A stretch of 64,000 nt of DNA, from the NCBI GenBank assembly GCA_951406725.2, contig OX597815.1:43648001-43712000 (forward strand), given 5' to 3'. Origin of the DNA: Octopus vulgaris (lineage: Eukaryota). Shown here piece by piece: positions 24,860-38,120 of the stretch (position 1 is the first letter of the stretch; each line of letters opens with the position of its first letter). The translations under genes were made by a program, and so were the position numbers. Under the pieces are notes generated by a model. It did not search any database, was not told where the DNA came from, and worked only from the letters and a program-made list of their open reading frames with translations.

Positions 24860-24891
24860 AGATTTTTCGTTGCTGTATTTTTATAAACTCA

Positions 24892-25395
24892 AGCGCATGC
24901 GTGGCTGTGTAAGAAGTTTGCTTTCAAATCACATGGTTCCGGGTTCAGTTCCACATGGTAATTCCTCGGGCAAGTAACGTCTGCTATAGCCCCGGGCTGA
25001 CCAAAGCCTTTTATGTGGATTTAATAGACGGAAATTGAAAGGATTCAGTGTGTGTATATATATATAATATATATATGGCTTTTCCCTCCTTCCGACGAAG
25101 AGCCATGCTCAAAATGTCAGCTCCACTCCTAATTTTCCATCTAAAAATTTCGCTGACCGTCATCTAAAACATTCATTGTGTACATTTAATTGATATTTAT
25201 TCCCACCCCCGCCACCGTTTTTTATTATTCCTGATTTTCCTATATACACACACACGTGTGTGTGTGTGTGTGTGTGTATGAAATAGGTATTAGGCTTCAA
25301 AAAGAAGTACTGCGATCAATTCGATTGACCAAAGTCCATCAAAGGCGGTGCCCCACCATGGGCGAAGTCTGATAACGGAAACAAGTGAAAGATAA
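24892..25395 (+). mobile_element. SINE family A interrupted by a ~170-bp insert (25075-25240) containing a hammerhead-like motif
   Basis: Head at 24892-25045, tail aaggcggtgccccaccatgg at ~25342; insert has ccgacgaagag-ccatg-ctc-aaaatgtc. Confidence 0.7.
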
Positions 25396-25967
25396 CTGAT
25401 CCAGTAATAACAAATAGCTAATTAATCATATGTATGCTAACATATCCTTTGTTGTCAATTAATGAATACTAATCAAAAATACGTATGAAAAGCATTCCAT
25501 ACATTGACCCTCACGTCTTTTTCATGCGTAGTATATCGTAGCTTATCCACTCTTATACTCTATTTTCTTAAGTGGGTGATGTTCAAATTTTTCGCTGCTA
25601 TTTCTTTTTGTCGAGCGAGCACGTAGGCGCTTCCTCATTGATTTCTTAGATGGTTAGTAATAAGTTCTGTTAGGCGGTCCGTTGCTTTGTGGTATGGTGG
25701 GTCTGCTTGTATGTATATTTATGTGCCAGTATGCGTTTGAAGATGTTTGTGTATGTAAAGCGAAGGGAGTAAGAAAATAATACACACGATTATATAAATA
25801 AAATACATAACGATAAATTCAAGGATTCATTTAAATAGATAAATAGGTGTAGTTATGTGTATGTATGCGAGAATGCATAGTTTTATACATATAGACACAT
25901 ATATATATATATATATCATACTTACATATATATGTGTGCGGTGTGTATGTGTGTTTGCGTGTGTGTG

Positions 25968-26005
<38 letters not shown>

Positions 26006-26028
26006 TATACATAGTTACATATTGATAA

Positions 26029-26067
<39 letters not shown>

Positions 26068-26082
26068 GGCAGGCAGATAGGC

Positions 26083-26181
<99 letters not shown>

Positions 26182-26227
26182 CAGGTAGGTAGGTAGGTAG
26201 ATAGATAGATAGATAGATAGATAGATA

Positions 26228-26714
26228 TGTTTCTTTATTAGCCACACAGGGCTGCACACAGATAGAACAAATTACAAGGTAGAGCTTTTCTTTTGAAGGT
26301 AAAAAAAAAAAAAGGGGGGTGTTCGATTAAAAGGGATCGTAAAAGGAGAGAAAGAGGACAAAAAAAGGGGGTTAAAAAAGGGGAGAGGAAAAAAATTGAT
26401 CAATAGGGATCGTTATCACAGAAATGTCAATATGAAGTGTAAAGGGGAGGACAGGTGAGGTTTACCCGTGGAAAGAAAAGCCTACGGAAAAGACCACGGT
26501 AACCTCGGTCAATGAAGTCACATGTTATATTTCTTTCTTTTCTTTTTTTTTTTTTTTTAGCAAATAAGCAACTATTAATTTTTATGGTTCATAGAATCAT
26601 AGTCAAGGTGGCTTTGTCATTCATACGTGCCATCCTTGCTACATTCACCCATCTTTTTTTAAAATATTCACTAGACAAAACTTGCCTCTCTACTCTCACT
26701 TTCCTCCTCAAGTG
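26228..26714 (-). mobile_element. 5'-truncated L1/Tx1-type LINE 3' end inserted in (GATA)n
   Basis: Minus strand [41 protein letters not shown], then a pyrimidine-rich UTR and terminal aataaa; (GATA)n on both sides. Confidence 0.65.
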
Positions 26715-26716
26715 AT

Positions 26717-26848
<132 letters not shown>

Positions 26849-27621
26849 GAATAAAATTAAAACAATCAGTCAGTATACAAAAGTGAACTCAGACATAAAT
26901 TCATACATATATGTCTCCTTAAATACATACAAGGCATTGAAGACAAGACCGTGGTATTTACTCAAATAGAACCAAATTTGGATAGCTGGCAAAACTGTTC
27001 CAAGCAGGTGATCGTTCTATTTTTACTTCTCACGGTAGCGAAACATGTCAAAGACAACGTTTAGAGTCACCAAACTACATACAGAAGCATCTAAAAACAT
27101 CCGCATATAGCACACAGAGTGTGTGATAATGTCGACTGCTCACAGCTTCTGAGAAGCGAGATAAATCTATATATAATAGCCCCGACTCCACGAAACTGAA
27201 AGTAAATAAACCGTAACAGAAAATACACAAACTGACTTCATTAATTTCTTTAACAGACTGAAGGAATATACGATGATGTTTTTTCGCTTTTTTTTTTTTT
27301 TCTAATCCTTTTTTTCTCTCGCCCCAAAATAGATAAAATGCTGTGAATAAAATATATTCAAATTCACACACAAACAAACACGGAAATAAATATCCGTAAC
27401 AAATATGAGAAGTATTCGATACAAAACTTGCGAGCAACAGTATATATATATATATATATATATCCTTCCAACGGAGTATTAATCTCAATCGACCTATACA
27501 TTCTTCATATATGAGGTTCCGACGGAGCCATAAGGAGTTACTCAGGCACTCAACTTTGAGTCTATTGCATCTTATTGCAGAAACATCCATAAGCTAATGA
27601 AATTCATAAGATAATTTTCTG

Positions 27622-27673
<52 letters not shown>

Positions 27674-27730
27674 GTCTGTCTGTCTGTCTGTCTGTCTGCA
27701 TGTCTGTCTGTCTGTCTGTATGTATGTATG

Positions 27731-27818
<88 letters not shown>

Positions 27819-27924
27819 TTTGTTGTTGAAAATGCACCTGCATTTGAAAACTTGCAATTATTTTTAAATAAATTTATTTATATACATACCAAATTGTATG
27901 TTTATTAACAAATCCATTGTCTAA

Positions 27925-28152
27925 TAATGGTTTCAAATTTTGGCACAGGGCCTATCAGTTTTTGAAGGGAGAAGGAAATCGATTACATCGACCTAAGTAC
28001 TTATTTTATCGACTGGTACTTAGTTTATTGACCTCGAAAAAGATGAAAGGCAAAATCGACTTCGGCGAAATTTGAACTCAAAACGTAAAAGCGAATGACA
28101 TGCCGTTAAGTATTTTGCTTGGCATGCTAACAGTTCTGCCAGCTCGCCGCCT
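27925..28152 (-). mobile_element. SINE family B
   Basis: gatgaaaggcaaaatcgacttcggcgaaatttgaactca...ctgccagctcgccgcc. Confidence 0.85.
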
Positions 28153-28172
28153 TAACATGATTTTATAATAAA

Positions 28173-29233
28173 CTAGCATTATGACCCGTCGTTGCTGGGT
28201 CAAAGTGCTAGTGCATGTATATATGTGTATATATATGTGTACATATTACATGTACATCTATATATATATATACATAAAATACAAAATACAAAGTTATATT
28301 TTCATATCGCTAGTGATAACAATACTCAAAATATATAACAGACTGGAATTGTAAGCCCGTCTCTTGCAATTTCGATAAATTGAATCTTGTCCTCCCTCTT
28401 GTATAGAAGTGTGGCTACAATCCAGCCTACCTCAACTTTTGGGGTGGGGGCAGTTTTAATTTTTATCCGGCACGTCCTACGTCCCAGATATAAAGGTAAA
28501 AATAAAATATTTCCACTTTGCAAGTTCGAGTCGAGTACTCCCTTGCACGCTCCGTTGACTCGAAACTTGCTTCTATTGTGGCGAATTTACCGCCTCTGGT
28601 TAGATATCTTTCATAGTCGCACCAAGACACTTTTCGATGGTGCTTTCCTCCAGGTGTTCAAATCTTTTTTCTCTACATTGTATACTTTATAGACAATAGC
28701 CTTTTCTTTAATTTAATTTTTTATTATCCATCTGGACTATTCCATTTCTGCACGCTAATTTTATTTTTAATTTATTTCCATTCATGTGAAACCACTTATT
28801 CAAGTTCAAGCCATTGATGCAATTTTATACCAATTGCTATTTTTACTTTTGTTATGTTACGATTATATTATACTTTAGTTTGATTTTTAATCATTACTTA
28901 CTACATATAATTCAATTGTTATTATTATTTTTATTGTTAAAGTGAAAGCATATGACAGAAAATAGAGAAATGTTTTTGTTTCACTTTTAACACGTAATAC
29001 TGAAATAGTGGAGAAGATATGATATTGCTATGGGCTCGCTCTAGGTAAGAAGTTGAACATTTTTTTTGCTCATGAAACTACATGGTCCCTAAGTAAGGCA
29101 TGTGTAAAATTTGAATGAAATTGGTTGTGTAGTTCTCAAGTTTTAGGGAAACACACAGACAGACAGACAAACAGACAAACAGACAGACAAACAGACAGAC
29201 AGACACACATTCTCAGTTTTATATAGAGAGAGA
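28173..29233 (-). mobile_element. Non-autonomous Helitron, ~1.06 kb
   Basis: Minus strand starts A|TC, has a subterminal (CTGT)n tract, a 3' hairpin (plus strand gacccgtcgttgctgggtc) and ends CTAG|T. Confidence 0.75.
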
Positions 29234-29409
29234 TTATTAAACGAGCAGAAACCTACAAATTGTGTTGTAGTTGATTTAAGTCTGCTCTCTCTTTGATTGC
29301 TTATTTATACATTGCACCTGGTGAGGTTAGAATTCAAAACTTTAAGAGTTTCAAGAAAACACAGCCATTCTATGCTTCATTCTACCGATTCTACTAATCC
29401 AACATTCTA

Positions 29410-30250
29410 ATGTTAGTTTCAGATTTTAGTACAAGGTCAGCGGTTTTAGGGAAGAGACCAAATCGATTATATCGGCCTCAGTGCTCAAATGGTCCTAATT
29501 TTATCGAACCCAAAGCATGAAAAGCAAAGTTGACCTCGACAGAATTTAAACTCAGAACCTAAAGACGGGCGAAATGCCGCTAAGCATTTTACCCGGCTTG
29601 CTAATGAGAGAAGCCAAGTCGATTAAATTGACCACAGTGTTCAAATAGTGCTAATTTTATCGACCCTGAAAGATGACAGGTAAAGCTAACCTCGACGGAA
29701 TTTGAACTCGGTACGTAAAGACGGACGAATTGACGCTAAGCATTTTGCCCGACGTACTAACCACTCTGCCAGCTCGCCGCCTTTGACCAGATTTTCTAAT
29801 ATTGGCTGCAAATTTGGGCACAAGGCCAGCAATTTTGAGGAAGAGGGTTAAGCCAATTACATCGACCCAGGTATTCAACTGGTACTTATTTTATCGACCC
29901 CGAACGGATGAAAGGCAAAGTCAATCTCGGCGTAATAAATATTAGTTTCAAATTTAGGCACAAGGTCAGCAAATTTGGGATGGGGCTAACTCGATTACAT
30001 CAACCCCAGTGCTCAACTGGTACTTATTTAAACGACCTTGAAAGGATGAAAGGCAAAGTCGATCTCGGTGCAATAAATAATAGCTTCAAATTTAGGCACA
30101 AGGCCAGAAATAATTCGGGTGGGGCTAAGTCGATTTTATCGACCAAGGCAAAGTCGATCTCAGCGGAATTTGAACTCAGAGCATAATGACGGACGTAATA
30201 CCGCTAAGCATTTTCCCCGGCATGCTAAGAGTCTGCCAGTTCGCTACCTC
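29410..30250 (-). mobile_element. Cluster of about five head-to-tail SINE family B units and fragments
   Basis: Repeated caaattt.ggcacaaggcc / cgattacatc / gaaaggcaaagtc modules. Confidence 0.85.
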
Positions 30251-30289
30251 ACAACATTCTAATATTGATTTCAATTTTTTTTTAAACCT

Positions 30290-30560
30290 GATACCTATTC
30301 CGCTGGTCTCTTTTGCCGAACTACTAAGGTACGAAGACGAAAACAAACCAACACCAGTTTACAAGCAGTTGTAGGGGGCAGTCACAAAGACACATACATG
30401 TATGTATCTGCGCGTACCAGTTCCACTCACAAGGCTTTTTGTGTTTTAGAGGTTAAAACAGAAGGCACTCGCTCAAGGTGTCACACTGTGTGATTGAACC
30501 TAGAACCATGCCGTTTGAGGGAGGGGAGCAAACATTTTACCAGATAGCCACACCTGCTCC
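30290..30560 (-). mobile_element. Degenerate SINE family A
   Basis: ggtctcttttgccgaac...ccactcacaaggct...agccacacctgc. Confidence 0.7.
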
Positions 30561-30647
30561 TAGTTAGCGGTAAATTATGAATATTTAAAAATTGTCGATT
30601 CTCTTATATGACTATATATGAAAAAAAATTAATATAAACAAAATAAA

Positions 30648-31052
30648 GGTGCAGGTGTGGCTGTGTGGTAAGCAGCTTGCTTCTCAACCACATGGTTCCG
30701 GGTTCAGTCTCACTGCGTGACACCTTGAGCAAGTGTCTTCTGCTATAGCCTCCATGCGAGTGGATTTAGTAGACAGAAACTAGAAGAAGCCCGTCGTATA
30801 TATATATATATATATATATGTGTATATATATATCGTTGCTATAATGTTAAACTGTTGTGTGTCCAAATAAGGCCAAATGCATTATTTTTTAAATTATTTA
30901 TTTTTGCTTGCAAGAGCCGGTTCTTTTGGTCAAACTATCGTATCTCCAGCTGCTTCAGGTGCCATGATATCGAAAATTGTCAAAGTGTAAGCACACTATT
31001 TTTCTGTAAGAGCAACGTTTTAGACTTACGACACTTTTGAAAAATAGCAACG

Positions 31053-31137
<85 letters not shown>

Positions 31138-31320
31138 TCCCCCGGCCAACGTTTGACAACCGATGCTGGTGTGTTTATATCCACGTAACTTAGCAGTTCG
31201 CCAAAACAGACCGATATAATAAGTACAAGGCTTACGAAAAATACGCCCTAGAGTCGATTTGCTCTAGCATGGTCGCATTCAAATGACTGAAACAAGCAAA
31301 AGAATAAAAGAATAAAAAGA
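30648..31320 (+). mobile_element. SINE family A with a ~220-bp insert (30835-31050) in its internal microsatellite
   Basis: Head ggtgcaggtgtggctgtgtggtaag; tail aaatgactgaaacaagcaaaagaataaaagaataaaa. Confidence 0.85.
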
Positions 31321-31717
31321 ACGAATATTAAATTCCATTTTCAGTAAGGGAAAGCGAATGCATTTCATTAAAATATTTTCCTGAAATGGGGGGCTCTTCA
31401 TTTATGTACGCTCTCGTTGGCTCTCATAAACATGCGCACCTACAAACATATCGCTTAGTGTAAACATACAAACAACTAATTATATATCTAACTCACTTTC
31501 TTTCACTCATTCCTCTTTTACAAAACTTTTCTCCATCTCTTTCCTCATCTTCCAGTGCGGGCCCGTGTATATGTGTGTGCGCGTGAATATGTGTCTGAGA
31601 GAGAGAAAGAGAGAGGGAATGTGTGTGAGAGAAGGGAAAAGAGAAAGAGAGAGAGAGACTGTGTGTCTGTGAGATAGAGAGAAAAAGAGAAGGAGAATGT
31701 GTTGTGTATGTGTGTAT

Positions 31718-32092
31718 TAGACATACCTCAACTTACGTCGTTTCGAGGTACGTCTTTTTCGACAATATAATTTTTGACTTCATAACATTTCCTTTAAAAT
31801 AATAATTATAAAAGATATACATAGATAAACCTCAAGTTCAGTCGATTTATTCCAATTTATGACGGACTCTACGTAGATATTTAAAAGCATATAAATTAAA
31901 ATTTGAAAGAAAACACTAAGAACCCAATAACGTAGTAGCAAATCAAATAAAATCCATAAGAAAATATGCACAAACCATTTAAAAGAGATAAAAGTAAATA
32001 AAAATGTTTTAAATGTTTTGTGTAATGTCATTTTTCGAGTTAAATTCCGCATGTCTTCAAACCAATTACCGACCTAAGTTCAGGTATTCTTG
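31718..32092. mobile_element. Old pogo/Tigger-like MITE
   Basis: atacctcaacttacgtc (31723-31739) is an imperfect inverted repeat of gacctaagttcaggtat (32071-32087); AT-rich interior; TA TSD not clear. Confidence 0.5.
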
Positions 32093-32095
32093 CGT

Positions 32096-32162
<67 letters not shown>

Positions 32163-33704
32163 CGTGTGTGTGTGTGTGTGTGTGTATGTGTGTGTGTGTG
32201 TGTACATATGAATGTAGGTATATATGTATATGTATGTCTATATATATAAATATACATATCTCTCCTGGTGCTGTATGAACATTTAATGTTGTTTTAGAGT
32301 CAAGTTTTGGCTGCTATTTCCAGCGGGTGGGTATCTCTTAGATACCCTAAATTATAATTTTAATAATAATTGTTATCTTTGAAGGTTTTTATTCCCATGT
32401 TGGCCACTTGATAAGTTCGATATTTAAATAACGATCTTATCCTTATTTGTATAAATTTATATAAATACACACATATATACATGCATACATACATACGATA
32501 ATATATGTATATGTATACATATATTTACACACACGCACATTTATATGTATATATACATACATATTTTTTCGAGGCAGTGCCCCAGCATGGCCGCATTCTA
32601 ATGACTAAAATGAGTAAAAGATTTCATATATATATGCACACATGAATGCGCACCCTCACACAGATATACGTATTCACACACGCACACAGATATATGTATT
32701 CATGTGTCACGCACAAACACACATTTGTGTGTGTGTACGAGTGCGTGTGCTTGTGTGTGTGAGTGTGCTTGTCTATGCGCGTGCGTAGACGTACGTGTAT
32801 GCACGCGTATGTATGTATGTATGTATGTATGTATGTATGTATGTATGTATGTATGTATGTATGTGTGGATAATTACGTATTTACGTTATTCGTGTGTGAC
32901 TGTATGCCTGCTTATGTTTGTGTAAGAATGTATATATGATTTCTAAGGAATGCTCGTGGCAGGAAAAAAGAAAGAAGAAAATAAATATAGGAAGAAAGGC
33001 AGATAGTAATAAGAAAAAGAGAAAAAAGAGAAGGAAAAGAAGTGGAGTGCGGTGGGGTGACAATATATGTATGTACCTGAACTGATGTTGCAACAGCTGT
33101 TTTATCTAAACAACAACAGGGAGGCTGAGAATAAGCAGCTACAGTAACAGCAGTAGCGGTAGTCAACTGCTTTATCAGGGTTAACGCATCGTAGGGGCTA
33201 GGAGAAAGAAAAGGGATTTATAGGGATGTGTGAAAATATGTGCCAGGCATGCAATATGCTACGCTTCTCCCTTTTCAGTTACCGTATCATCTTGCAAAAT
33301 AAGGCTTCTTTCTCCATCCAATTTGTACCCTTGAAAAATCAAGTAAAAATAAGACGCCTGCGTTGTGCGATAGATAAATGTACAGGGATAAGGAAGGGTT
33401 GAATAAAATGTTGTGTAGGTAAGGTATAGGGTATGGCAAGTTAAACGTGAGAAGAGGCACCAACCTTTGAAACGAGGGAGGGTTGAAAATACTTCTTCGT
33501 TTAAAAATAGACTTGTCTAATTATGTATATACCGATTTTTAAGCTGGTATAATATACATACATACATATGTATATGCACATAACTGTATACATATATATA
33601 TATATTAATATATATACATGTATGTATATATGTACATATGTATGTATGTATGTATATATATATATATGTATATATATATGTATCTCTCTCTCCCTCTCTC
33701 TCTC

Positions 33705-33743
<39 letters not shown>

Positions 33744-34048
33744 AGGCTCTAAAGAAAAAATTATGCATGTTTATTTGTGTACTGTTACTGTAGGTCAATA
33801 TGCGTTTATAAAAATATATATATATTGCAAATATTTAAGTTTCGGTACACAAACATGTAAGTTTATAAATATATAAGTATATACGTACAAATCTTTAACC
33901 TTATGCACATACAGGGCACAACTATATCTACCTACCTACATACCTACATACATACATGCATACCTTCCTACCTACATACATACACGCATACCTACATATA
34001 TACATACATACACACATATATATATATATATATACGTACACGCGCGCG

Positions 34049-34140
<92 letters not shown>

Positions 34141-34227
34141 TGATACACTACCGACAAAGCTAGTATTAGTAGAACTTTCGGTTGTGTATTAAATTGATAT
34201 TTATCTCTCACTGGACGGAGCACTTGT

Positions 34228-34278
<51 letters not shown>

Positions 34279-34739
34279 TATATGTATGTGTGTATATATA
34301 TATATGCATATAATATGTGTACATATATATACATATATATGTATAGCACACACATATACATACATATATAAACATACATACACACGCTACATATGCAAAC
34401 AAACACAATTTTCTTTTAGGGTTCAACTTTCTAGGGCACAGTCGATTACATCGACCCTACTATATTTATTTTATCAACTTCGGAAGGATGAAATGATAAG
34501 CAGATCTTTGAAAAATAAAGGGAGAACTTAGCCAAGTACAACATGATATTTTTGTCCGATACCCTACCGATTCTGACTACAACATCTATATATGTGTATG
34601 TGTGTATGTGTGTGTATTTGTATGTGCGTATACATAATTCTCAGTATTTACGCATATACACACCTAAATATATTTCGTAAATATGTATAGGTACACACAA
34701 ACACATGCATGCTTGTATGCATGTATGTATGTATGTATG

Positions 34740-34773
<34 letters not shown>

Positions 34774-34874
34774 TGTATGTATGTATGTATGTATGTATGT
34801 ATGTATGTATGTATGTATGTAGACTGAAATATTTATAAATTTACAGATTATATATATAAAACATATATATAGAT

Positions 34875-35270
34875 ACAGGCGTGGCTGTGAAGTAAGAAGC
34901 TTGCTTCCCATCTACAAGGTTCCGGATTCAGTCCCTCTGCGCGGCACCTTGGGCAAGTGTTTTCTACTATAGCCTCGAATCGACCAAAATCTAGTGAATG
35001 GGTTTGGTAGACAGAAACTGAGAGAAGCCCGTTGTATATATATATATGTGTGTTTGTATTTATGTGTCTGTGTGTTTGTCCCCCACTATCGCTTGACAAC
35101 CGATGCCAGTTTGTTTATGTAACTTAGTGTTTCGTCAAAAGATACCGATAGAATAAGTACTAGACTTACAAATAATAAGTCCCGGGGTCGATTTCTTCGA
35201 CTAAATCTCTATAAGGCAGTGCTCCAACATGGCCACAGTTAAATTACTGAAACAAGTAAAAGAATAAAGA
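34875..35270 (+). mobile_element. Full-length SINE family A
   Basis: caggcgtggctgtgaagtaag head through ctgaaacaagtaaaagaataaa tail. Confidence 0.9.
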
Positions 35271-35326
35271 ATATGTATATGTGTTAGTGTGTGTGTATAT
35301 ATTTGTATATGCTTATATAAGTATAA

Positions 35327-35357
<31 letters not shown>

Positions 35358-35859
35358 GTGCGCGCGTGTATTCCAGGAGGTGCCCGTGTCAAAGAAACTG
35401 CCTAGCCACTTAAGATAATGCACTGAGAGTAAACATGCATTTAATCCCTAAGTATTACTGCGACAAAATATATTTTGTCGGTCAAAGGATTAGAGATTAT
35501 GTGTGTTTGCATGAGTATATGCCCGGATGTTCAGGTGTGGTGTATACGTGTTTTTGTATCTGCGCTTGCGCATGTCTGTGTGTGCGTGTGGGATCAAGTT
35601 TGTGTGAGTGTGTGCGTGCGCGCGCGCGAGTATATATCCGAAGTAAATTTATCAATCAGGTGACTATCGACTGTTTCAATCCTCTACTTACCTCGAACCA
35701 TGGAATCCTTTATATGTTGACCTACGATAATTTCAGCAACTTAATTCAGTCGAACCTCATTTCTAACTCATTTTGAACGGTTGCCTGTTGGGATCTAAAA
35801 TGGTTGTTCTAAGGTAACTTCTGTTTTATTGGAACAGAACTCCGTCATAAATATTACGA

Positions 35860-35903
<44 letters not shown>

Positions 35904-35906
35904 AAA

Positions 35907-36673
35907 TATTCTTTTCTACTCTAGTCACAAGGCCTGAAATTTTTTTTGGGGGGGGGCAGTCCATTAGATCGACTCCAGTATGCAACTGGTACTTAATTTT
36001 TCGAACCCGAAATGGTGAAAGGCATAGTCGACCTCGGCGGAATTTGAACTCAGACCGTAAAGAAAGATGAAATACCTATTTCTTTACTAACTACAAGGGG
36101 CTAAACACAGAGGGAACAAACAAGGACAGACACACGGATTAAGTCGATTACATCGACCCCAGTGCGTAACTGGTACTTATTTAATCGACCCCGAAAGGAT
36201 GAAAGGCAAAGTCGACCTCGGCGAATTTGAACTCATAACGTAGCGGCAGACGAAATACCTTTTTCTTTATTACCCACAAGGGGCTAAACATAAAGGAGAC
36301 AAACAAGGACAGACACTTGGTATTAAGTCGATTACATCGACCCCAGTGCGTAACTGGTACTTAATTTATCGACCCCGAAAGGATGAAAGGCAAAGTCGAC
36401 CTCGGCGGAATTTGAACTCAGAACGTAACGGCAGACGAAATACCTATTTCTTTATTACCCACAAGGGCTAAACATAGAGGGGACAAACAAGGACAGACAT
36501 AGGTATTAAGTCGATTACATCGAAATCAGTGCGTAACTGGTACTTAATTTATCGACCCCGAAAGGATGAAAGGCAAAGTCGACCTCGGCGGAATTTGAAC
36601 TCAGAACGTAACGGCAGACGGAATACCGCTAAGCATTTCACCTGGCGTGCTAACGTTCCTGCCAGCTCGCCAC
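35907..36673 (-). mobile_element. SINE family B tetramer (one head plus ~183-bp tandem units)
   Basis: Units at about 35907-36077, 36078-36259, 36260-36444 and 36445-36673; only the last (5'-most on minus) has the ggtggcgagctggcag head. Confidence 0.92.
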
Positions 36674-37221
36674 CTTATATATGGCAAAATGTTAATGAAA
36701 CTATTTCTCAGAGCTCGTGAATATGGTCGCTTGCAGTCTTTTTGTTGCTGTTGTTTTGTAGTGCATGCATTTTATGTATTTTTGTTTCTATATATGTACA
36801 TAGGTACGTAAGTATAACACAATTTTGTAAATATATATATATATATATGAGTTCTGATGTCTGTGTGTATGAACAAGAATATGTATGTGTATGCGTGTAG
36901 ATATTTAGGTGTGTTTGTATATATTATTTATGTATATATGTATTTAATATACAGTATATGTAAGTGCTTCCCGGGTGTTGCGACGGATTGAACATTCTTT
37001 GCAAGATAACTACATGAGTAAATAAGATTAAGGGAGGGGCATAGTTTTTGTAGATATGTTATGATTTGATAATAAATACATCCTTTTAACAGTCTTACTA
37101 TACCCTCGAATTAATTATATATCGCCATGGATTTATTTATAGACTTTGTTGCTACAAAGAATTTGTTCCTATAAAGAATTTGTTCATATGTAAGAGTCAT
37201 TAACTCTAATGAACTCTAATG

Positions 37222-37330
37222 CAATGTTTCCCAACTTATTTTCCCCCAGGCACCACTATAACTTTTGAGAAAAATGTGTGTCCTACCGGTGGTTGGGAAA
37301 AAAAACAAACTTTATTTGTGATATTTTATG
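37222..37330 (+). mobile_element. hAT MITE end, same family as 43709-44009
   Basis: caatgtttcccaac...ccggtggttgggaaaaaaaacaaactttattt matches the revcomp of 43910-44009. Confidence 0.7.
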
Positions 37331-37610
37331 ATTATATAGTAAGTAAATATTAATTAAGCTCCTTAGAAAAGCTATTTTCAAGATAGCTAGGGAAGAATAT
37401 AGGTTCATAGTGAGATGTGTTGCTAGATGAGTAAAAAGTTTGTTTACTAGATATGTAAATATCTCAGTATGAAGGTGAGAAGGAAGCTAACTAGTTAAAG
37501 AGAAGAAATAGTTAAGCAGGCAAATGTGCATGCTAGAAGTAAGAAAGTAACGTCGTTTCAGTTGAGTTTTGGCGGCACAAACATCAGCAATCAAATAGGT
37601 GTAAAAAATA

Positions 37611-38120
37611 CTAGCAGTATCGCCCGGCGTTGCTCGGGTTTGTAAGGGAAATAACTATATAAGCATTTTTAGAGAGTTACTTCCCTTATTGATGCCAATT
37701 CGGGCTTTCTTAGCCATTTCTGTTTTGGTGTCTTCAAGCCATGAAGTCGTTGTTCTAAAAGAACGCTGGTCTCCTTGACAACGCATTACGACGTTGATTT
37801 CTTTACACTCCCTTCCCCACAGCTTCACGAGGGAGGGAAGGGGGAGAAGCAAACAGGTGCAGCTGTGAGCGTGGATGCCAACTTCGCCGCCATCGACACA
37901 CGAAAGATTATGCATTAAAATGGAATAAAAAATTATGTTAAATTATTTTTAAAATCGTAGACTCATCGTTGATGCGCGCTAATAGCCAGACGGGCTCGAT
38001 ATGAATCACGACTATAAGATACCCGAATTTGGTTAAACTGCACCGCAAAATGTGGGAGGAGTTAGGAATCTAAATCGAAGGGGACAGACACTCACACAAC
38101 TAGAGTTTTATATATAGAGA
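37611..38120 (-). mobile_element. Non-autonomous Helitron, 510 bp
   Basis: Minus strand A|TC start; 3' hairpin (plus strand cccggcgttgctcggg, 37623-37638) 8 nt from terminal CTAG|T. Confidence 0.8.

Noticed and set aside
35907-36673. CRISPR-like or satellite interpretation of the regular repeats
   Set aside because: Units are ~183-bp SINE bodies with no unique spacers, and the context is eukaryotic
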